Assembly: GCA_964619725.1 (NCBI GenBank)
Contig: CAZUFC010000086.1
Coordinates: 1 to 38,367, forward strand
Reading direction: 5' to 3'
DNA length: 38,367 bases
DNA from: an uncultured bacterium
GTDB taxonomy: Bacteria; CSSED10-310; CAZUFC01
Position 1 is the stretch's first letter, and every line of letters starts with the position of its first letter. A model generated the notes under the pieces. The model was not told where the DNA came from, made no database searches, and saw only the letters and a list, made by a program, of their open reading frames with translations. The position numbers and the translations under genes were made by a program. Shown piece after piece: positions 33,001 to 38,367 of this stretch.

Positions 33001-33182
33001 GGATCAATGCCGGGCAAAAGGTGCGGACTATAAAGCGTATGCACGTTCCAATCATCAGAAGGAAAATCCTCTATCATCTCAAAATCCTCAAATAAAACAA
33101 ATTCGGCTCGTACCGTTACGACCGATGCCGTAAACATCCCAATCAAAAACATCATCAACATTCCCGTTATCTTAGCTTTCAT
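30045..33182 (-). CDS. Large secreted protein: 3 tandem ConA/LamG-like repeats, Pro/Thr linker, cohesin, dockerin, second cohesin-like domain
   Basis: AAGGAG SD before the ATG at 33182; three ~205 aa repeats; paired Ca-binding loops 'GDVSNDGMITPRDA' and 'ADCNGDGTVTPADA'; two cohesin-like beta domains. Confidence 0.82.
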   Translation of the reverse strand: MKAKITGMLMMFLIGMFTASVVTVRAEFVLFEDFEMIEDFPSDDWNVHTLYSPHLLPGIDPVNGNPGHCYVPGGAGDGQNTEIYHNEFTVDYSRGCRMTCDFKITDTSAHYNDLWFGLAQGEVVDGENLAYSVELWFNGSTGANYVYCRINGYQDNEELIYIENGFTPGQYHMAEIRIRPDRLVEFYVDGTLLWTTTQTVDMSYNHGIPVLGGFNASPVYADNYYVNEKFYRIPYCEDFEDVEEFPSDDWAVHTLYNPYIEPAIDTTHGNPYHCYVPGGAGDGQNTEIYAKYYTADYSRGFRMTCDFFLSDTSTHYNDLWMGLPRERIQDGNNIDYAVFMTLNADAGNRNVIGFIDSEVAGHQDYFEIPGGFDAGVWNRAEIRIRPDHYVEFYLNDELLYTTVAKIDPGYNNARPVLGGFNTYPVYADNFCMDEFFYMDMFEDFELIDGFPSGDWSIHTLYNPGLAPGIDETHGNPRHNYIPGGAGDGMNTEIYHTSFLADYSGGLVMSCDFFLSDCSSHYNDLWFGLPMEEIVNGDNLDYAVFMCLNGGAGSRTVDMYIDSEDPAHQEHHAIDGSFTDSAWHNARVVIRPDLHVEYYLNGEQLWTTENTIDPAYNESPPVLGGFNAHPVYADNFFVSKPLGGMTQPTPTFVPTYQITETPTFYPTPTPAITFTPTEDFLWIEGATGENGETVQITLNIHNPMTPLNEFGLDMTYCPSMLQLDSCESGDLTENWYELDCNDVPQDSYVRVAGFDTQEIPTGSYGSIAVLNFVVDCQDCLDGDQCTMCSQNMVDDIADWMTQCGTFTFIDCINDGDVSNDGMITPRDANMAFQIYLTIIPDPSRQESCSADCNGDGTVTPADANCIFKHYLDMGCNCVDQPEPPTDNGFRPYKKLSQDAGRNRISQRGAPHGILSAQLLPGSTADRLKMIVSIDKSDQPVSSLGFKLHYPDSEMEFCNVRFGDFVDDWPFTGVGQYPDAIKIGAFQPEIYELQDDSGILAVIDFKSKAGEISWDFDRIKFDLTGLVDDIAGFDVVFKKGNDLSGIK

Positions 33183-33323
33183 TATTTCTCCTTTCATTGC
33201 ATCCAAAAAAATATTTTTCAATCATCAATGTCTGATAAAACTCGACGAAGAGGTCCTCCGCCGGTTAAGAAACCTTGCCTTTCATCACCTCCCTTCTCCA
33301 CCGGGTATGACGCACCAACTAAG

Positions 33324-33340
33324 GGCAAACTCCATGCCGG
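33324..33340 (-). promoter_or_regulatory. Candidate sigma54 (-24/-12) promoter
   Basis: Minus strand CCGGCATGGAGTTTGCC: GG-N10-GC with GGCA and TTGC, about 140 nt upstream of the start at 33182. Confidence 0.55.
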
Positions 33341-33477
33341 AGAAAAGAGAGGTAATGAAAAGTTAAAATAACCTATTGAATACAAATAGTTTCACACATT
33401 CGGAACAACGCTCATGAGGATATGAACTTTTATAACTTTTCGGTCATTTATGCCCAAAAGGAATGACCATAAGGTTT

Positions 33478-33631
33478 GTGGCGCTGATCGGACATCAGTG
33501 TTTCGAGGTTACAACTTTTCCGAATATCCCATTATTTTGTTTCGATTTGGATTTCGATTTCGATCCCGACCCGATTACTGAAACAAACTGTCCAACGTTT
33601 TGAAAGAAGTTCACCCCGGTTTGATCAGTCC
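33478..33631 (+). mobile_element. Family A element, copy 8 (insertion subtype, left tip missing)
   Basis: GGCGCTGATCGGACATCAGTGTTTCGAGGTTACAAC...about 6 hexamers...TTTGATCAGTCC; followed by an inverted left-arm fragment at 33635-33661. Confidence 0.7.
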
Positions 33632-33754
33632 TTAAATTGTAATCCCGAAACGTGCATTTTTATACGCATCATGCGACTCTCTTCTTCTCTATCCGTTATA
33701 TCCGTTGTTGGCGCAAACTTTTCAATTGTTTTCGACAACCCCGGATTCTGATCC

Positions 33755-36592
33755 TCATCCGTCATTTTTAATCCTGTTCAGCTTTGCCGTCAACCGGTCT
33801 TCCATACTTCTCAAATCGATATACCAGCTTCCGTATCGTTCTATTTCTTCCAGGGATTTCCTGAACTGTTCTTCAGCTTTTCGACGTTCATTTTGCGCAG
33901 CATGCACCTCCGCCCTGGCTTCATGAAGCATGGTCCTTAATTTCGGGTCTAAAATGTTGTAAGTCAGCCATTTATCCAGTCTTTCGGCATGGTGAGCGTA
34001 TTTTTCGCTGTTTCCCGGGCTGCAATCCGCCATGGCTTCAAGCGAAACCGTCAACGGATTGTCCGCGTGCAGAAGCAGCCTGTTTTCCTTTAAGGCTGAA
34101 ATAACCGTTTTCATATCGCCTGACAGAAAAGAGTAATAAGCAAGCACTTCCAATGAATTGTGAATGCTCATCTGTCCATCATTTTCTTCCTCGGTTAATT
34201 TCCGGGCTTCAATCAAAGCTTCATCCTCCATGCCGTTCAGATGCATGGCGCTTATTCTCTGGCCTTCAAGCCAGTAATGACTTTTAATAGGCTTTACTCC
34301 AAAACTTTCGTAAAATTCAAGTTCTTCCTCAAACCGTCCCTGTTCGTGATACCATTCCGCCATGGCCAGTCTGCATTCAATATTTGCGGGGTCTTTCTCT
34401 GCGCCTGCTATGAAATACTCTTTGGAAGCCTCCCAGTCGTTTTTACGTAAATACCATTGGCCCAGCAGGTAATACAGATATACTTTCAGCCCGCGATTAC
34501 CCAGCGGAATGTCTTCGTATTTCTTTATTTCATTTATCGCCTCCATCAGCGCTCCGTCATGATAGTAAAGCTGGGCTTTCCTCAGGGACTTCCAGAATTC
34601 ATTTTGCCTTTCGAGCCGGTCGGGAATATCGGGTTGACCCAGTATATGTCCCGTGTTGAAATCAATTTTCAACCTGTTGTGGTGGGAATCGTTTATTTCA
34701 AGAATCTCCTTTTGCCCATCGATCGAGCATTGGGTTATTGCATCGCCATGGCCGCCCGGAAGAAGAACATACCAGTCAAACGGCAAATTTAAAGTCGTTC
34801 CGAGTCCATTTTCAAATGGAGGCATTTCGCCGGGATGACTGTAACTGTTTATTTTAAAAACGGCGGGACGCCTGTTCATACGCCAGTTGTTTCCATAGAA
34901 AACCAGAGAATAAAGACCTTCAGAATCTCCAGGAACTTTGATCACGCCTTGTATGCCGCCGGCATTCCGGTATTTTTTACTGGAACTGATAATATCACGG
35001 TTCTTGAAATAATCACGAAACTCTGCAACATAGGGGAATCCTTGCCTGGAATTAATGATAATAAGAAATCGGTTGAATATGGAGTTATTCTCCAGCCATA
35101 AAATTCTCCTTACTATGTAATCAAAACCGACATCCGGATAAAAATCCCTCGGTTCGACTGAATGGCTGTCGATTATTTCAGGACGCCCGAAAAAAGATTT
35201 CGGAGGTTCCACCAGGTAAACCATGCCGTTTTCGAAGGGCAATTCCGCTTCTGTATCAGCATCCCAGGGAGTATTAACTCCTCCTCCTACCAGCCAGCAA
35301 CGCTTTCTTTCCGGAAGAAAATCGCCGTAAGGGGGGTCCGGTATCACCAAATTGGTGTTTTTATCCTTCAGTTCAAAACTCCAGTCTCGTTTAGGAAATG
35401 GTTCGTCAACATTCAATGTAGTTTCCGATTCAAGGCTGTATGAGGGTAAGCGGTCCCTGGAAAAGGCGACATGATTCGATATGAAAAGAACCGACAGTAT
35501 TAAAACGAGAAAAGTCAGAGGCGCCAGAATATGCAGTCTTTTGAAGTAAATATGTAACCACAGAGACCTCAGTTTATTCCCAATTTTTGTGAAAAAGGAA
35601 ACTCCTTTTTTCCTCGACTTGTCTACCGAACTGCCGTCAAAAAGGCGCTGATTTGTCGTCAAGCGCGTTTCCTTATGCAAATTACGTCTCGATAGTCGAA
35701 AAATCGCAGCGCTTCTTTTCATACTGCGAAACCTGGTCGAAGGCGAACGTTTCAGCATCTTTTTCGTCATCTTTTCAATGGGATAAGGAATGCCGCTATT
35801 CGCTTCAATCAGCTTCGGATTCGGCACGGTCAGATGAGGATTAACGCCTGCCAGCATAAAAAGAGTAATCAGACCCATTTGATACACATCCGATCGCTTA
35901 TTGACGGCTTTACCGTCGAAATATTGCTCAGGCGACCACCATCCCGGCGTTCCTATTCTTTGACCGAGTTCCGTGAGTTCTTTTTTCTGACGTTGAATAC
36001 GCTTGCCGGGCAAGCAGACGCCGAGGTCCAGTATTACTGCGTTAACGTTGTCGGTTATGATTATGTTGGAGGGTTTAATATCTCTGTGCACGATTTTTTT
36101 CTTATGCAGATAGGCCAGTCCTGCAGCGATTTCCGACAGAAGCCGCAGCCTGGTTTCCATCGCCGCATCGTTGTTTTTTCTCAGCCAAATGTCAAGCTGA
36201 TCGCCCTGGATGTAGTTCATCACCAGAAACGGCATACCTTCATAAAACCCGGTGTCCCGGCAGGGAACAAGATTCGGATGGTCCAGATCGAGTAAAAATT
36301 CGCCTTCCCGTTGAAGTCGTTCTGAGAGTTCTTTTCGCTCCTCCTCATAAGCTTGCGGGCGAACGATCTTCACCGCCAACGTCTGTTCATCGCCTTCCTC
36401 GCCGAAAAAATCAGCCGCATAGACATCGCATTGACCGCCTCGCGCTATATGTTCCCGGATATAATAGGAATGATTCATCCCTCTTATGATCGTTCCCGGC
36501 TCCAAAAAAGCATAAGTCGCTGTCCTTAATCCGTTTTTCCGGACGACTGTGCCGCCGTCTTCCCTGGTCATATCGTTTTTTTCGTCATTCAT
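33755..36592 (-). CDS. Hanks-type Ser/Thr protein kinase with TM helix and C-terminal TPR-like region
   Basis: 'IARGGQCDVY', 'LAVKI', 'HRDIKPSN', 'DLG', 'GTPGWWSPEQ', 'SDVYQMG'; TM 'ILAPLTFLVLILSVLFIS'; helical TPR-like C-terminus. Confidence 0.9.
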   Translation of the reverse strand: MNDEKNDMTREDGGTVVRKNGLRTATYAFLEPGTIIRGMNHSYYIREHIARGGQCDVYAADFFGEEGDEQTLAVKIVRPQAYEEERKELSERLQREGEFLLDLDHPNLVPCRDTGFYEGMPFLVMNYIQGDQLDIWLRKNNDAAMETRLRLLSEIAAGLAYLHKKKIVHRDIKPSNIIITDNVNAVILDLGVCLPGKRIQRQKKELTELGQRIGTPGWWSPEQYFDGKAVNKRSDVYQMGLITLFMLAGVNPHLTVPNPKLIEANSGIPYPIEKMTKKMLKRSPSTRFRSMKRSAAIFRLSRRNLHKETRLTTNQRLFDGSSVDKSRKKGVSFFTKIGNKLRSLWLHIYFKRLHILAPLTFLVLILSVLFISNHVAFSRDRLPSYSLESETTLNVDEPFPKRDWSFELKDKNTNLVIPDPPYGDFLPERKRCWLVGGGVNTPWDADTEAELPFENGMVYLVEPPKSFFGRPEIIDSHSVEPRDFYPDVGFDYIVRRILWLENNSIFNRFLIIINSRQGFPYVAEFRDYFKNRDIISSSKKYRNAGGIQGVIKVPGDSEGLYSLVFYGNNWRMNRRPAVFKINSYSHPGEMPPFENGLGTTLNLPFDWYVLLPGGHGDAITQCSIDGQKEILEINDSHHNRLKIDFNTGHILGQPDIPDRLERQNEFWKSLRKAQLYYHDGALMEAINEIKKYEDIPLGNRGLKVYLYYLLGQWYLRKNDWEASKEYFIAGAEKDPANIECRLAMAEWYHEQGRFEEELEFYESFGVKPIKSHYWLEGQRISAMHLNGMEDEALIEARKLTEEENDGQMSIHNSLEVLAYYSFLSGDMKTVISALKENRLLLHADNPLTVSLEAMADCSPGNSEKYAHHAERLDKWLTYNILDPKLRTMLHEARAEVHAAQNERRKAEEQFRKSLEEIERYGSWYIDLRSMEDRLTAKLNRIKNDG

Positions 36593-36796
36593 CGTTCCTG
36601 CCTATATGCTCTTTTAGGTCCTTCAATCACTGAATTATAAACTGTTCCCGTTTTTATGTTATATAAAAAAAATTCTTTTCTTATAAAACATTCTGCGAAC
36701 GAAATTTCCTGGAATCTCCTGAAATCAACGAGTTTCGATTGCCTCGATAATTTGTCGTAAAAATCTTAACGGAAAATTTCAAAACTATCAAGCGCC

Positions 36797-36816
36797 TGTC
36801 CACAAACTGTGGACAA
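36797..36816. promoter_or_regulatory. Inverted pair of DnaA-box-like octamers
   Basis: TGTCCACA-aac-TGTGGACA(A) in the divergent intergenic region. Confidence 0.35.
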
Positions 36817-36934
36817 AAAGCAGTTCAACCGCATCGAATTGATTTTTCAAAAATAATCCTTTATGTAAGGGATGAGTCCATGGAAAGAAACCATGTTTCC
36901 AGTGTATTTTTGAACGGATTATGGAGGAGAAGCG

Positions 36935-38089
36935 ATGAAGAGACGAAATTTTACAGTTTTTACAGTCTTTTTAAGCCTTTTGACGAATTTTGCCGCCGTT
37001 CACGCCTTTTTGACGCCGACGCCTGTTCCCGAACACCAGGTATTGATGATCAATGTTCACGGAACTTCTTACGACGCGGACGGTTACAGCGTTTATGAGA
37101 CGCTGGTGAATGCCGGCGCTGATGCGGATTGGGTGAATCTTTCCTCTGACGGACAAGCTGCGCAGCTCATAAACGAAAACACATACGACCAGATATGGAT
37201 ATTCGACCTTTCGCATTCCACCGACAATTATCCCACGGATTGGCAGGCCGTTGCGGACTGGTTCAATGATGATCCGAGTCGCGCCGTTATCTGCGACGCC
37301 CGAATAATCTCATCTTACTGGAACGGCCGTCATACTTCCGAAGGGCAGAACTTGACGGAGAATTATTATGGAAATATGAAGCTTCACGGCGGGGGATTAA
37401 TGCTGGGAACGGATCATTCCTCTTATGTCTCGGGAATCAACACGGTCAATTCATTGATAGGACTCAACATGTTTTTCGGCAATTTCAACCTGACCTTCAT
37501 TCCCGTCGATACGGAGAATCCCCTGATGTATCATCCCAATGACATGGGGACTGAATTATGGGACGATTCCACACCGGGACAGACGCCTTACGGACTCCAG
37601 CCGAACGGCAGGATACTCTATACCGTCGCCTGGCACTCCGGGAATCCCGACACGCCGGGAATTTCCAGCACCATCGAAGGAGTCATCGGGTACCACGTTA
37701 ACATTACGAATCCCCCGGACGAAAGCTCATTTTATGATGAATTAATAACTTTTGAAGCCGAAGGAACCGGCGGCAATCCTCCTTACTCATTCGAATGGTC
37801 GTCGAATATCGACGGCGATCTCGGAACCGGTCCCGGCATACAGGTGCATACCGACGACCTGACCTACGGAATTCATACCATTACGGTCTTTTCCACCGAT
37901 CTTTATTCCCGCACTGATGACGATTCAATCAACATCACCGTCTCAGCCCCCACAGCAACGCCGACAATGAGCCCCACTCCCACCGAACCGCAACCTGTTC
38001 CTGCCGTGAACACCGCCGGCGCAGCCGTTCTGATGCTCCTGGTCGGCTCGCTTATCGCTACAAAATCATTCGGTCGCTCTGAAAAATAA
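36935..38089 (+). CDS. Secreted protein with alpha/beta N-terminal domain, Ig/PKD-like domain, short Pro/Thr linker and C-terminal sorting tail
   Basis: GGAGG SD; signal peptide; 'I..P......ITF.A..TGG.PPYSF.WSS..DG.LGTG...L..G.HTITV...D'; tail 'VPAVNTAG'-hydrophobic-'KSFGRSEK'. Confidence 0.82.
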   Translation: MKRRNFTVFTVFLSLLTNFAAVHAFLTPTPVPEHQVLMINVHGTSYDADGYSVYETLVNAGADADWVNLSSDGQAAQLINENTYDQIWIFDLSHSTDNYPTDWQAVADWFNDDPSRAVICDARIISSYWNGRHTSEGQNLTENYYGNMKLHGGGLMLGTDHSSYVSGINTVNSLIGLNMFFGNFNLTFIPVDTENPLMYHPNDMGTELWDDSTPGQTPYGLQPNGRILYTVAWHSGNPDTPGISSTIEGVIGYHVNITNPPDESSFYDELITFEAEGTGGNPPYSFEWSSNIDGDLGTGPGIQVHTDDLTYGIHTITVFSTDLYSRTDDDSINITVSAPTATPTMSPTPTEPQPVPAVNTAGAAVLMLLVGSLIATKSFGRSEK

Positions 38090-38312
38090 CAGAAACGATA
38101 ATGCGGTCTTTATCCTTTTAATGTCTGATTTTGCCAATGAGGACATAGCGGAATTGGAGGATTTGGCGGACCCGGAGGACCGGCGCTGCGAATTGCGGAA
38201 CTGGTTCGAAAGATGCACGTTTTTAATTATTTTAAAAGCCCCGAATATCTTGCCGACTTCGAAGACGCAGTATTAACCGATTCCGTTGTGGGCTTCTAGG
38301 ATATCAGGACTT

Positions 38313-38367
38313 CTAACCCGCATTTCTCATACAAAACCTGTTACGAGCGTCCATATCCCCGCACCTT
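38313..38367 (+). repeat. Family B repeat copy, cut by the window end
   Basis: CTAACCCGCATTTCTCATACAAAACCTGTTACGAGCGTCCATATCCCCGCA matches the reverse complement of 29174-29224. Confidence 0.7.

Noticed and set aside
30045-33182. Calling the large protein a cellulosomal enzyme
   Set aside because: No glycoside hydrolase catalytic motif recognised and no CAZyme partners in the window
33322-33362. GGGCAAAC as the start of a c-di-GMP-I riboswitch
   Set aside because: No GAAA-capped stem or GACGCAAAG follows, and it is on the wrong strand for the cohesin gene; better read as a minus-strand sigma54 site
19891-33631. Family A copies as integron attC sites (gene followed by hairpin)
   Set aside because: No RYYYAAC...GTTRRRY ends in the proper order, mixed orientations, no integrase, and neighbouring genes have their own promoters

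Overview
Chromosomal window from a diderm, LPS-producing bacterium, possibly an uncultured candidate-phylum lineage (a guess from gene content only). The left 17 kb is one minus-strand envelope cluster: waaF, waaC, DUF3108-like, epimerase, Trm112-like, two GT4s, O-antigen ligase, hldA, kdsB, pyrG, kdsA, kdsD, kdsC, lipid A acyltransferase and a TPR-SPOR protein, followed by a Yip1-like gene. The right 21 kb is accessory. It has three secreted proteins sharing an IPTL-CTERM-like sorting tail, including a single-cohesin anchor encoded directly behind a 3x lectin-like/cohesin/dockerin/cohesin protein with a candidate sigma54 promoter. It also has a TPR receptor Ser/Thr kinase, an orphan CpaF ATPase, a truncated AAA_14 gene and an archaeal-type ATPase fused to an Hjc-like nuclease. 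The intergenic DNA holds at least 8 full or partial copies of a 130-200 bp hairpin/MITE-like element with a variable (CGANNN)n core, a second palindromic repeat family, and two GTCCCTTTN arrays. No rRNA, tRNA, CRISPR array, integrase or transposase was recognised. All family assignments come from motif recognition by eye, not database searches.
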